From the NCBI GenBank assembly GCA_964016885.1, contig OZ024744.1:120466001-120530000 (forward strand): a stretch of 64,000 nucleotides of DNA, written 5' to 3'. Each line of letters starts with the position of its first letter. Position 1 is the stretch's first letter. Positions 26,844 through 41,600 of the stretch are shown in pieces. The position numbers and the translations under genes are program-made. Under the pieces are notes generated by a model that saw only the letters and a program-made list of their open reading frames with translations, did not search any database and was not told where the DNA came from. The DNA is from Eledone cirrhosa. Lineage: Eukaryota.

Positions 26844-28893
26844 TATTATTTCCTGAGACATTCTAACCACATGTCATAGTATCAGAGCTGTGATATCTCA
26901 ATTGAGAGATTCTTTCCTGAGACATTCTAACCCCATGTCTGTAGTATCAGAGCAGTATGCTCTCAATTCAGAGATTCTTTCCTGCGACATTCTAACCACA
27001 TGTCATAGTATCGGAGCTGTCATCTCTCAATTCAGAGATTCTTTCCTGAGACATTCTAACCACATGTCATAGTATCAGTGCTGTGATATCTCAATTCAGA
27101 GATTCTTTCCTGAGATATTCTAACCACATGTCATAGTATCAGATCTGTGATCTCTCAATTCAGAGATTCTTTCCTGAGACATTCTAACCACATGTCATAG
27201 TATCAGAGCTGTGATCTCTCAATTCAGAGATTCTTTCCTGAGACATTCTAACCACATGTCACAGTATCAGAGCTGTGATCTCTCAATTCAGAGATTCTTT
27301 CCTCAGACATTCTAACCACATCTCATAGTATCAGAGCTGTGATCTCTCAATTCAGAGATTCTTTCCTGAGACATTCTAACCACATGTCATAGTATCAGAG
27401 CTGTGATCTCTCAATTCAGATATTCTTTCCTGAGACATTCTAACCACATGTCATAGGATCAGAGTTGTGATCTCTCAATTCAGAGATTCTTTCCTGAGAT
27501 ATTCTAACCACATGTCATAATATCAGAGCTGTGATCTCTCAATTCAGAGATTCTTTCCTGAGACATTCTAACCACATGTCACAGTATCAAAGCTGTGATC
27601 TCTCAATTCAGAGATTCTTTCCTCTGCCATTCTTACCACATCTCATAGTATCAGAGCTGTGATCTCTCAATTCAGAGATTCTTTCCTGAGACATTCTAAC
27701 CACATGTCATAGTATCAGAGCTGTGATCTCTCAATTCAGATATTCTTTCCTGAGACATTCTAACCACATGTCATAGGTTCAGAGTTGTGATCTCTCAATT
27801 CAGAGATTCTTTCCTGAGATATTCTAACCACATGTCATAGTATCAGAGCTGTGATCTCTCAATTCAGATATTATTTCCTGAGACATTCTAACCACATGTC
27901 ATAGTATCAGAGCTGTGATATCTCAATTGAGAGATTCTTTCCTGAGACATTCTAACCCCATGTCTGTAGTATCAGAGCAGTATGCTCTCAATTCAGAGAT
28001 TCTTTCCTGCGACATTCTAACCACATGTCATAGTATCGGAGCTGTCATCTCTCAATTCAGAGATTCTTTCCTGAGACATTCTAACCACATGTCATAGTAT
28101 CAGTGCTGTGATATCTCAATTCAGAGATTCTTTCCTGAGATATTCTAACCACATGTCATAGTATCAGATCTGTGATCTCTCAATTCAGAGATTCTTTCCT
28201 GAGACATTCTAACCACATGTCATAGTATCAGAGCTGTGATCTCTCAATTCAGAGATTCTTTCCTGAGACATTCTAACCACATGTCACAGTATCAGAGCTG
28301 TGATCTCTCAATTCAGAGATTCTTTCCTCAGACATTCTAACCACATCTCATAGTATCAGAGCTGTGATCTCTCAATTCAGAGATTCTTTCCTGAGACATT
28401 CTAACCACATGTCATAGTATCAGAGCTGTGATCTCTCAATTCAGATATTCTTTCCTGAGACATTCTAACCACATGTCATAGGATCAGAGTTGTGATCTCT
28501 CAATTCAGAGATTCTTTCCTGAGATATTCTAACCACATGTCATAATATCAGAGCTGTGATCTCTCAATTCAGAGATTCTTTCCTGAGACATTCTAACCAC
28601 ATGTCACAGTATCAAAGCTGTGATCTCTCAATTCAGAGATTCTTTCCTCTGCCATTCTTACCACATCTCATAGTATCAGAGCTGTGATCTCTCAATTCAG
28701 AGATTCTTTCCTGAGACATTCTAACCACATGTCATAGTATCAGAGCTGTGATCTCTCAATTCAGATATTCTTTCCTGAGACATTCTAACCACATGTCATA
28801 GGTTCAGAGTTGTGATCTCTCAATTCAGAGATTCTTTCCTGAGATATTCTAACCACATGTCATAGTATCAGAGCTGTGATCTCTCAATTCAGA
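26844..28893. repeat. Apparently identical 16-monomer (1,025-bp) tandem duplication
   Basis: ORFs 26890/27915, TATCAAAGCT (~27590/28615) and GGTTCAGAG (27776/28801) are all offset by 1,025. Confidence 0.92.
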
Positions 28894-31800
28894 GATTCTT
28901 TCCTGAGACATTCTAACCACATGTCACAGTATCAGAGATGTGATCTCTCAATTCAGAGATTCTTTCCTCAGACATTCTAACCACATCTCATAGTATCAGA
29001 GCTGTGATCTCTCAATTCAGAGATTCTTTCCTGAGACGTTCTAACCACATGTCATAGTATCAGAGCTGTGATCTCTCAATTCAGATATTATTTCCTGAGA
29101 CATTCTAACCACATGTCATAGGATCAGAGTTGTGATCTCTCAATTCAGAGATTCTTTCCTGAGATATTCTAACCACATGTCATAGTATCAGAGCTGTGAT
29201 CTCTCAATTCAGAGATTCTTTCCTGAGACATTCTAACCACATGTCATAGTATTAGAGCTGGGATCTCTCAATTCAGAGATTATTTCCTGAGACATTCTAA
29301 CCACATGTCATAGTATCAGAGCTGTGATCTCTCAATTCAGAGATTCTTTCCTGAGACATTCTAACCACAAGTCATAGTATCAGAGCTGTGATATCTCAAT
29401 TGAGAGATTCTTTCCTGAGATATGTTAACCACATATCATATTATCAGAGCTGTCATCTCTCAATTCAGAGATTCTTTCCTGAGACGTTCTAACCACATGT
29501 CATAATATCAGAGCTATGATCTCTCAATTCAGAGATTCTTTCCTGAGACATTCTAACCACATGTCATAGTATCAGTGCTGTGATCTCTCATTTCAGAGAT
29601 TCTTTCCTGAGATATTCTAACCACATGTCATAGTATCAGAACTGTGATCTCTCAATTCAGAGATTCTTTCCTCAGCCATTCTAACCACATCTCATAGTAT
29701 CAGAGCTGTGATCTCTCAATTCAGAGATTCTTTCCTGAGACATTCTAACCACATGTCATAGTATCAGATCTGTGATCTCTCAATTCAGAGATTCTTTCTT
29801 GAGACATTCTAACTCCATGTCCACAGTATCAGAGCTGTGAACTCTCAATTCAGAGATTCTTTCCTGAGACATTCTAACCACATGTCATAGTATCAGAACT
29901 GTGATCTCTCAATTCAGAGATTCTTTCCTGAGACATTCTAACCACATGTCACAGTATCAGAGCTGTGATCTCTCAATTCAGTGATTCTTTCCTCAGACAT
30001 TCTAACCACATCTCATAGTATCAGAGCTGTGATCTCTCAATTCAGAGATTCTTTCCTGAGACATTCTAACCACATGTCATAGTATCAGAGCTGTGATCTC
30101 TCAATTCAGATATTCTTTCCTGAGACATTCTAACCACATGTCATAGGATCAGAGTTGTGATCTCTCAATTCAGAGATTCTTTCCTGAGATATTCTAACCA
30201 CATGTCATAATATCAGAGCTGTGATCTCTCAATTCAGAGATTCTTTCCTGAGACATTCTAACCACATGTCACAGTATCAGAGCTGTGATCTCTCAATTCA
30301 GAGATTCTTTCCTCTGCCATTCTTACCACATCTCATAGTATCAGAGCTGTGATCTCTCAATTCAGAGATTCTTTCCTGAGACATTCTAACCACATGTCAT
30401 AGTATCAGAGCTGTGATCTCTCAATTCAGATATTCTTTCCTGAGACATTCTAACCACATGTCATAGGATCAGAGTTGTGATCTCTTAATTCAGAGATTCT
30501 TTCCTGAGATATTCTAACCACATGTCATAGTATCAGAGCTGTGATCTCTCAATTCAGAGATTCTTTCCTGAGACATTCTAACCACATGTCACAGTATCAG
30601 AGATGTGATCTCTCAATTCAGAGATTCTTTCCTCAGACATTCTAACCACATCTCATAGTATCAGAGCTGTGATCTCTCAATTCAGAGATTCTTTCCTGAG
30701 ACATTCTAACCACATGTCATAGTATCAGAGCTGTGATCTCTCAATTCAGATATTATTTCCTGAGACATTCTAACCACATGTCATAGGATCAGAGTTGTGA
30801 TCTCTCAATTCAGAGATTCTTTCCTGAGATATTCTAACCACATGTCATAGTATCAGAGCTGTGATCTCTCAATTCAGAGATTCTTTCCTGAGACATTCTA
30901 ACCACATGTCATAGTATTAGAGCTGGGATCTCTCAATTCAGAGATTATTTCCTGAGACATTCTAACCACATGTCATAGTATCAGAGCTGTGATCTCTCAA
31001 TTCAGAGATTCTTTCCTGAGACATTCTAACCACAAGTCATAGTATCAGAGCTGTGATATCTCAATTGAGAGATTCTTTCCTGAGATATGTTAACCACATA
31101 TCATATTATCAGAGCTGTCATCTCTCAATTCAGAGATTCTTTCCTGAGACGTTCTAACCACATGTCATAATATCAGAGCTATGATCTCTCAATTCAGAGA
31201 TTCTTTCCTGATACATTCTAACCACATGTCATAGTATCAGAGCTGTGATCTCTCAATTCAGAGATTCTTTCCTGAGACATTCTAACCACATGTCATAGTA
31301 TCAGTGCTGTGATCTCTCATTTCAGAGATTCTTTCCTGAGATATTCTAACCACATGTCATAGTATCAGAACTGTGATCTCTCAATTCAGAGATTCTTTCC
31401 TCAGCCATTCTAACCACATCTCATAGTATCAGAGCTGTGATCTCTCAATTCAGAGATTCTTTCCTGAGACATTCTAACCATATGTCATAGTATCAGATCT
31501 GTGATCTCTCAATTCAGAGATTCTTTCTTGAGACATTCTAACTCCATGTCCACAGTATCAGACCTGTGAACTCTCAATTCAGAGATTCTTTCCTGAGACA
31601 TTCTAACCACATGTCATAGTATCAGAGCTGTGATCTCTCAATTCAGAGATTCTTTCCTGAGACATTCTAACCACATGTCACAGTATCAGAGCTGTGATCT
31701 CTCAATTCAGAGATTCTTTCCTGAGACATTCTAACCACATGTCATAGTATCAGAGCTGTGATCTCTCAATTCAGAGATTCTTTCCTGAGACATTCTAACC

Positions 31801-32673
31801 ACATGTCATAGTATCAGAGCTGTGATCTCTCAAGTCAGATATTCTTTCCTGAGACATTCTAACCACATGTCATAGGATCAGAGTTGTGATCTCTCAATTC
31901 AGAGATTCTTTCCTGAGATATTCTAACCACATGTCATAGTATCAGAGCTGTGATCTCTCTACATTCAGAGATTCTGTCCTGAGACATTCTAACCACATGT
32001 CACAGTATCAGAGATGTGATCTCTCAATTCAGAGATTCTTTCCTGAGACATTCTAACCACATGTCATAGTATTAGAGCTGGGATCTCTAAATTCAGAGAT
32101 TATTACCTGAGACATTCTAACCACATGTCATAGTATCAGAGCTGTGATCTCTCAATTCAGAGATTCTTTCCTGAGACATTCTAACCGCAAGTCATAGTAT
32201 CAGAACTGTGATATCTCAATTGAGAGATTCTTTCCTGAGATATGTTAACCACATATCATATTATCAGAGCTGTCATCTCTCAATTCAGAGATTCTTTCCT
32301 GAGACATTCTAACCACATGTCATAGTATCAGAGCTGTGATCTCTCAATTCAGATATTCTTTCCTGAGACATTCTAACCACATGTCATAGGATCAGATTTG
32401 TGATCTCTCAATTCAGAGATTCTTTCATGAGATATTCTAATCACATGTCATAGTATCAGAGCTGTGATCTCTCAATTCAGAGATTCTTTCCTGAGACATT
32501 CTAACCACATGTCACAGTATCAGAGCTGTGATCTCTCAATTCAGAGATTCTTTCCTCAGACATTCTAACCACATCTCATAGTATCAGAGCTGTGATCTCT
32601 CAATTCAGAGATTCTTTCCTGAGACATTCTAACCACATGTCATAGTATCAGAGCTGTGATCTCTCAATTCAGA

Positions 32674-35600
32674 TATTCTTTCCTGAGACATTATAACCAC
32701 ATGTCATAGGATCAGAGTTGTGATCTCTCAATTCAGAGATTCTTTCCTGAGATATTCTAACCACATGTCATAGTATCAGAGCTGTGATCTCTCAATTCAG
32801 AGATTCTTTCCTGAGACATTCTAACCACATGTCATAGTATTAGAGCTGGGATCTCTCAATTCAGAGATTATTTCCTGAGACATTCTAACCACATGTCATA
32901 GTATCAGAGCTGTGATCTCTCAATTCAGATATTCTTTCCTGAGACATTCTAACCACATGTCATAGGATCAGAGTTGTGATCTCTCAATTCAGAGATTCTT
33001 TCCTGAGATATTCTAACCACATGTCATAGTATCAGAGCTGTGATCTCTCAATTCAGAGATTCTTTCCTGAGACATTCTAACCACATGTCACAGTATCAGA
33101 GATGTGATCTCTCAATTCAGAGATTCTTTCCTCAGACATTCTAACCACATCTCATAGTATCAGAGCTGTGATCTCTCAATTCAGAGATTCTTTCCTGAGA
33201 CGTTCTAACCACATGTCATAGTATCAGAGCTGTGATCTCTCAATTCAGATATTATTTCCTGAGACATTCTAACCACATGTCATAGGATCAGAGTTGTGAT
33301 CTCTCAATTCAGAGTTTCTTTCCTGAGATATTCTAACCACATGTCATATTATCAGAGCTGTGATCTCTCAATTCAGAGATTCTTTCCTGAGACATTCTAA
33401 CCACATGTCATAGTATTAGAGCTGGGATCTCTCAATTCAGAGATTATTTCCTGAGACATTCTAACCACATGTCATAGTATCAGAGCTGTGATCTCTCAAT
33501 TCAGAGATTCTTTCCTGAGACATTCTAACCACAAGTCATAGTATCAGAGCTGTGATATCTCAATTGAGAGATTCTTTCCTGAGATATGTTAACCACATAT
33601 CATATTATCAGAGCTGTCATCTCTCAATTCAGAGATTCTTTCCTGAGACGTTCTAACCACATGTCATAATATCAGAGCTATGATCTCTCAATTCAGAGAT
33701 TCTTTCCTGAGACATTCTAACAACATGTCATAGTATCAGTGCTGTGATCTCTCATTTCAGAGATTCTTTCCTGAGATAATCTAACCACATGTCATAGTAT
33801 CAGAACTGTGATCTCTCAATTCAGAGATTCTTTCCTCAGCCATTCTAACCACATCTCATAGTATCAGAGCTGTGATCTCTCAATTCAGAGATTCTTTCCT
33901 GAGACATTCTAACCACATGTCATAGTATCAGATCTGTGATCTCTCAATTCAGAGATTCTTTCTTGAGACATTCTAACTCCATGTCCACAGTATCAGAGCT
34001 GTGAACTCTCAATTCAGAGATTCTTTCCTGAGACATTCTAACCACATGTCATAGTATCAGAACTGTGATCTCTCAATTCAGAGATTCTTTCCTGAGACAT
34101 TCTAACCACATGTCACAGTATCAGATCTGTGATCTCTCAATTCAGAGATTCTTTCCTCAGACATTCTAACCACATCTCATAGTATCAGAGCTGTGATCTC
34201 TCAATTCAGAGATTCTTTCCTGAGACATTCTAACCACATGTCATAGTATCAGGGCTGTGATCTCTCAATTCAGATATTCTTTCCTGAGACATTCTAACCA
34301 CATGTCATAGGATCAGAGTTGTGATCTCTCAATTCAGAAATTCTTTCCTGAGATATTCTAACCACATGTCATAATATCAGAGCTGTGATCTCTCAATTCA
34401 GAGATTCATTCCTGAGACATTCTAACCACATGTCACAGTATCAGAGCTGTGATCTCTCAATTCAGAGATTCTTTCCTCAGCCATTCTAACCACATCTCAT
34501 AGTATCAGAGCTGTGATCTCTCAATTCAGAGATTCTTTCCTGAGACATTCTAACCACATGTCATAGTATCAGAGCTGTGATCTCTCAATTCAGATATTCT
34601 TTCCTGAGACATTCTAACCACATGTCATAGGATCAGACTTGTGATCGCTCAATTCAGAGATTCTTTCCTGAGATATTCTAACCACATGTCATAGTATCAG
34701 AGCTGTGATCTCTCAATTCACAGATTCTTTCCTGAGACATTCTAACCACATGTCACAGTATCAGAGATGTGATCTCTCAATTCAGAGATTCTTTCCTGAG
34801 ACATTCTAACCACATGTCATAGTATTAGAGCTGGGATCTCTCAATTCAGAGATTATTACCTGAGACATTCTAACCACATGTCATAGTATCAGAGCTGTGA
34901 TCTCTCAATTCAGAGATTCTTTCCTGAGACATTCTAACCACAAGTCATAGTATCAGAGCTGTGATATCTCAATTGAGAGATTCTTTCCTGAGATATGTTA
35001 ACCACATATCATATTATCAGAGCTGTCATCTCTCAATTCAGAGATTCTTTCCTGAGACGTTCTAACCACATGTCATAATATCAGAGCTATGATCTCTCAA
35101 TTCAGAGATTCTTTCCTGAAACATTCTAACCACATATCTGTAGTTTCAGATCTGTGATCTCTCAATTCAGAGATTCTTTCCTGATACATTCTAACCACAT
35201 GTCATAGTATCAGAGCTGTGATCTCTCAATTCAGAGATTCTTTCCTGAGACATTCTAACCACATGTCATAGTATCAGTGCTGTGATCTCTCAATTCAGAG
35301 ATTCTTTCCTGAGATATTCTAACCACATGTCATAGTATCAGATCTGTGATCTCTCAATTCAGAGATTCTTTCCTCAGCCATTCTAACCACATCTCATAGT
35401 ATCAGAGCTGTGATCTCTCAATTCAGAGATTCTTTCCTGAGACATTCTAACCACATGTCATAGGATCAGAGCTGTGATCTCTCAATTCAGATATTCTTTC
35501 CTGAGACATTCTAACCACATGTCATAGGATCAGATTTGTGATCTCTCAATTCAGAGATTCTTTCCTGAGATATTCTAACCACATGTCATAGTATCAGAGC

Positions 35601-38600
35601 TGTGATCTCTCAATTCAGAGATTCTTTCCTGAGACATTCTAACCACATGTCACAGTATCGGAGCTGTCATCTCTCAATTCAGAGATTCTTTCCTGAGATA
35701 TTCTAACCACATGTCATAGTATCAGTGCTGTGATATCTCAATTCAGAGATTCTTTCCTGAGATATTCTAACCACATGTCATAGTATCAGATCTGTGATCT
35801 CTCAATTCAGATATTCTTTCTTGAGACATTCTAACTCCATGTCCACAGTATCAGAGCTGTGAACTCTCAATTCAGAGATTCTTTCCTCAGGCATTCTAAC
35901 CACATCTCATAGTATCAGAGCTGTGATCTCTCAATTCAGAGATTCTTTCCTGAGACATTCTAACCACATGTCATAGTATCAGAGCTGTGATCTCTCAATT
36001 CAGATATTATTTCCTGAGACATTCTAACCACATGTCATAGTATAAGAGCTGTGATCTCTCAATTCAGAGATTCTTTCCTGAGACATTCTAACCACATGTC
36101 ATAGTATTAGAGCTGGGATCTCTCAATTCAGAGATTATTTCCTGAGACATTCTAACCACATGTCATAGTATCAGAGCTGTGATCTCTCAATTCAGAGATT
36201 CTTTCCTGAGACATTCTAACCACAAGTCATAGTATCAGAGCTGTGATATCTCAATTGAGAGATTCTTTCCTGAGATATGTTAACCACATATCATATTATC
36301 AGAGCTGTCATCTCTCAATTCAGAGATTCTTTCCTGAGACGTTCTAACCACATGTCATAATATCAGAGCTATGATCTCTCAATTCAGAGATTCTTTCCTG
36401 AAACATTCTAACCACATATCTGTAGTTTCAGATCTGTGATCTCTCAATTCAGAGATTCTTTCCTGAGACATTCTAACCACATGTCATAGTATCAGAGCTG
36501 TGATCTCTCAATTCAGATATTCTTTCCTGAGACATTATAACCACATGTCATAGGATCAGAGTTGTGATCTCTCAATTCAGAGATTCTTTCCTGAGATATT
36601 CTAACCACATGTCATAGTATCAGAGCTGTGATCTCTCAATTCAGAGATTCTTTCCTGAGACATTCTAACCACATGTCATAGTATTAGAGCTGGGATCTCT
36701 CAATTCAGACATTCTTTCCTGAGACATTCTAACCACATGTCATAGTATCAGAGCTGTGATCTCTCAATTCAGATATTCTTTCCTGAGACATTCTAACCAC
36801 ATGTCATAGGATCAGAGTTGTGATCTCTCAATTCAGAGATTCTTTCCTGAGATATTCTAACCACATGTCATAGTATCAGAGCTGTGATCTCTCAATTCAG
36901 AGATTCTTTCCTGAGACATTCTAACCACATGTCACAGTATCAGAGATGTGATCTCTCAATTCAGAGATTCTTTCCTCAGACATTCTAACCACATCTCATA
37001 GTATCAGAGCTGTGATCTCTCAATTCAGAGATTCTTTCCTGAGACGTTCTAACCACATGTCATAGTATCAGAGCTGTGATCTCTCAATTCAGATATTATT
37101 TCCTGAGACATTCTAACCACATGTCATAGGATCAGAGTTGTGATCTCTCAATTCAGAGATTCTTTCCTGAGATATTCTAACCACATGTCATAGTATCAGA
37201 GCTGTGATCTCTCAATTCAGAGATTCTTTCCTGAGACATTCTAACCACATGTCATAGTATTAGAGCTGGGATCTCTCAATTCAGAGATTATTTCCTGAGA
37301 CATTCTAACCACATGTCATAGTATCAGAGCTGTGATCTCTCAATTCAGAGATTCTTTCCTGAGACATTCTAACCACAAGTCATAGTATCAGAGCTGTGAT
37401 ATCTCAATTGAGAGATTCTTTCCTGAGATATGTTAACCACATATCATATTATCAGAGCTGTCATCTCTCAATTCAGAGATTCTTTCCTGAGACGTTCTAA
37501 CCACATGTCATAATATCAGAGCTATGATCTCTCAATTCAGAGATTCTTTCCTGAGACATTCTAACAACATGTCATAGTATCAGTGCTGTGATCTCTCATT
37601 TCAGAGATTCTTTCCTGAGATAATCTAACCACATGTCATAGTATCAGAACTGTGATCTCTCAATTCAGAGATTCTTTCCTCAGCCATTCTAACCACATCT
37701 CATAGTATCAGAGCTGTGATCTCTCAATTCAGAGATTCTTTCCTGAGACATTCTAACCACATGTCATAGTATCAGATCTGTGATCTCTCAATTCAGAGAT
37801 TCTTTCTTGAGACATTCTAACTCCATGTCCACAGTATCAGACCTGTGAACTCTCAATTCAGAGATTCTTTCCTGAGACATTCTAACCACATGTCATAGTA
37901 TCAGAGCTGTGATCTCTCAATTCAGAGATTCTTTCCTGAGACATTCTAACCACATGTCACAGTATCAGAGCTGTGATCTCTCAATTCAGAGATTCTTTCC
38001 TGAGACATTCTAACCACATGTCATAGTATCAGAGCTGTGATCTCTCAATTCAGAGATTCTTTCCTGAGACATTCTAACCACATGTCATAGTATCAGAGCT
38101 GTGATCTCTCAAGTCAGATATTCTTTCCTGAGACATTCTAACCACATGTCATAGGATCAGAGTTGTGATCTCTCAATTCAGAGATTCTTTCCTGAGATAT
38201 TCTAACCACATGTCATAGTATCAGAGCTGTGATCTCTCTACATTCAGAGATTCTTTCCTGAGACATTCTAACCACATGTCACAGTATCAGAGATGTGATC
38301 TCTCAATTCAGAGATTCTTTCCTGAGACATTCTAACCACATGTCATAGTATTAGAGCTGGGATCTCTAAATTCAGAGATTATTACCTGAGACATTCTAAC
38401 CACATGTCATAGTATCAGAGCTGTGATCTCTCAATTCAGAGATTCTTTCCTGAGACATTCTAACCGCAAGTCATAGTATCAGAACTGTGATATCTCAATT
38501 GAGAGATTCTTTCCTGAGATATGTTAACCACATATCATATTATCAGAGCTGTCATCTCTCAATTCAGAGATTCTTTCCTGAGACGTTCTAATCACATGTC

Positions 38601-41600
38601 ATAATATCAGAGCTATGATCTCTCAATTCAGAGATTCTTTCCTGAAACATTCTAACCACATATCTGTAGTATCAGATCTGTGATCTCTCAATTCAGAGAT
38701 TCTTTCCTGATACATTCTAACCACATGTCATAGTATCAGAGCTGTGATCTCTCAATTCAGAGATTCTTTCCTGAGACATTCTAACCACATGTCATAGTAT
38801 CAGTGCTGTGATCTTTCAATTCAGAGATTCTTTCCTGAGATATTCTAACCACATGTCATAGTATCAGAACTGTGATCTCTCAATTCAGAGATTCTTTCCT
38901 CAGCCATTCTAACCACATCTCATAGTATCAGAGCTGTGATCTCTCAATTCAGAGATTCTTTCCTGAGACATTCTAACCACATGTCATAGTATCAGAGCTG
39001 TGATCTCTCAATTCAGATATTCTTTCCTGAGACATTCTAACCACATGTCATAGGATCAGATTTGTGATCTCTCAATTCAGAGATTCTTTCATGAGATATT
39101 CTAATCACATGTCATAGTATCAGAGCTGTGATCTCTCAATTCAGAGATTCTTTCCTGAGACATTCTAACCACATGTCACAGTATCAGAGCTGTGATCTCT
39201 CAATTCAGAGATTCTTTCCTCAGACATTCTAACCACATCTCATAGTATCAGAGCTGTGATCTCTCAATTCAGAGATTCTTTCCTGAGACATTCTAACCAC
39301 ATGTCATAGTATCAGAGCTGTGATCTCTCAATTCAGATATTCTTTCCTGAGACATTATAACCACATGTCATAGGATCAGAGTTGTGATCTCTCAATTCAG
39401 AGATTCTTTCCTGAGATATTCTAACCACATGTCATAGTATCAGAGCTGTGATCTCTCAATTCAGAGATTCTTTCCTGAGACATTCTAACCACATGTCATA
39501 GTATTAGAGCTGGGATCTCTCAATTCAGAGATTATTTCCTGAGACATTCTAACCACATGTCATAGTATCAGAGCTGTGATCTCTCAATTCAGATATTCTT
39601 TCCTGAGACATTCTAACCACATGTCATAGGATCAGAGTTGTGATCTCTCAATTCAGAGATTCTTTCCTGAGATATTCTAACCACATGTCATAGTATCAGA
39701 GCTGTGATCTCTCAATTCAGAGATTCTTTCCTGAGACATTCTAACCACATGTCACAGTATCAGAGATGTGATCTCTCAATTCAGAGATTCTTTCCTCAGA
39801 CATTCTAACCACATCTCATAGTATCAGAGCTGTGATCTCTCAATTCAGAGATTCTTTCCTGAGACGTTCTAACCACATGTCATAGTATCAGAGCTGTGAT
39901 CTCTCAATTCAGATATTATTTCCTGAGACATTCTAACCACATGTCATAGGATCAGAGTTGTGATCTCTCAATTCAGAGTTTCTTTCCTGAGATATTCTAA
40001 CCACATGTCATATTATCAGAGCTGTGATCTCTCAATTCAGAGATTCTTTCCTGAGACATTCTAACCACATGTCATAGTATTAGAGCTGGGATCTCTCAAT
40101 TCAGAGATTATTTCCTGAGACATTCTAACCACATGTCATAGTATCAGAGCTGTGATCTCTCAATTCAGAGATTCTTTCCTGAGACATTCTAACCACAAGT
40201 CATAGTATCAGAGCTGTGATATCTCAATTGAGAGATTCTTTCCTGAGATATGTTAACCACATATCATATTATCAGAGCTGTCATCTCTCAATTCAGAGAT
40301 TCTTTCCTGAGACGTTCTAACCACATGTCATAATATCAGAGCTATGATCTCTCAATTCAGAGATTCTTTCCTGAGACATTCTAACAACATGTCATAGTAT
40401 CAGTGCTGTGATCTCTCATTTCAGAGATTCTTTCCTGAGATAATCTAACCACATGTCATAGTATCAGAACTGTGATCTCTCAATTCAGAGATTCTTTCCT
40501 CAGCCATTCTAACCACATCTCATAGTATCAGAGCTGTGATCTCTCAATTCAGAGATTCTTTCCTGAGACATTCTAACCACATGTCATAGTATCAGATCTG
40601 TGATCTCTCAATTCAGAGATTCTTTCTTGAGACATTCTAACTCCATGTCCACAGTATCAGAGCTGTGAACTCTCAATTCAGAGATTCTTTCCTGAGACAT
40701 TCTAACCACATGTCATAGTATCAGAACTGTGATCTCTCAATTCAGAGATTCTTTCCTGAGACATTCTAACCACATGTCACAGTATCAGATCTGTGATCTC
40801 TCAATTCAGAGATTCTTTCCTCAGACATTCTAACCACATCTCATAGTATCAGAGCTGTGATCTCTCAATTCAGAGATTCTTTCCTGAGACATTCTAACCA
40901 CATGTCATAGTATCAGGGCTGTGATCTCTCAATTCAGATATTCTTTCCTGAGACATTCTAACCACATGTCATAGGATCAGAGTTGTGATCTCTCAATTCA
41001 GAAATTCTTTCCTGAGATATTCTAACCACATGTCATAATATCAGAGCTGTGATCTCTCAATTCAGAGATTCATTCCTGAGACATTCTAACCACATGTCAC
41101 AGTATCAGAGCTGTGATCTCTCAATTCAGAGATTCTTTCCTCAGCCATTCTAACCACATCTCATAGTATCAGAGCTGTGATCTCTCAATTCAGAGATTCT
41201 TTCCTGAGACATTCTAACCACATGTCATAGTATCAGAGCTGTGATCTCTCAATTCAGATATTCTTTCCTGAGACATTCTAACCACATGTCATAGGATCAG
41301 ACTTGTGATCGCTCAATTCAGAGATTCTTTCCTGAGATATTCTAACCACATGTCATAGTATCAGAGCTGTGATCTCTCAATTCACAGATTCTTTCCTGAG
41401 ACATTCTAACCACATGTCACAGTATCAGAGATGTGATCTCTCAATTCAGAGATTCTTTCCTGAGACATTCTAACCACATGTCATAGTATTAGAGCTGGGA
41501 TCTCTCAATTCAGAGATTATTACCTGAGACATTCTAACCACATGTCATAGTATCAGAGCTGTGATCTCTCAATTCAGAGATTCTTTCCTGAGACATTCTA

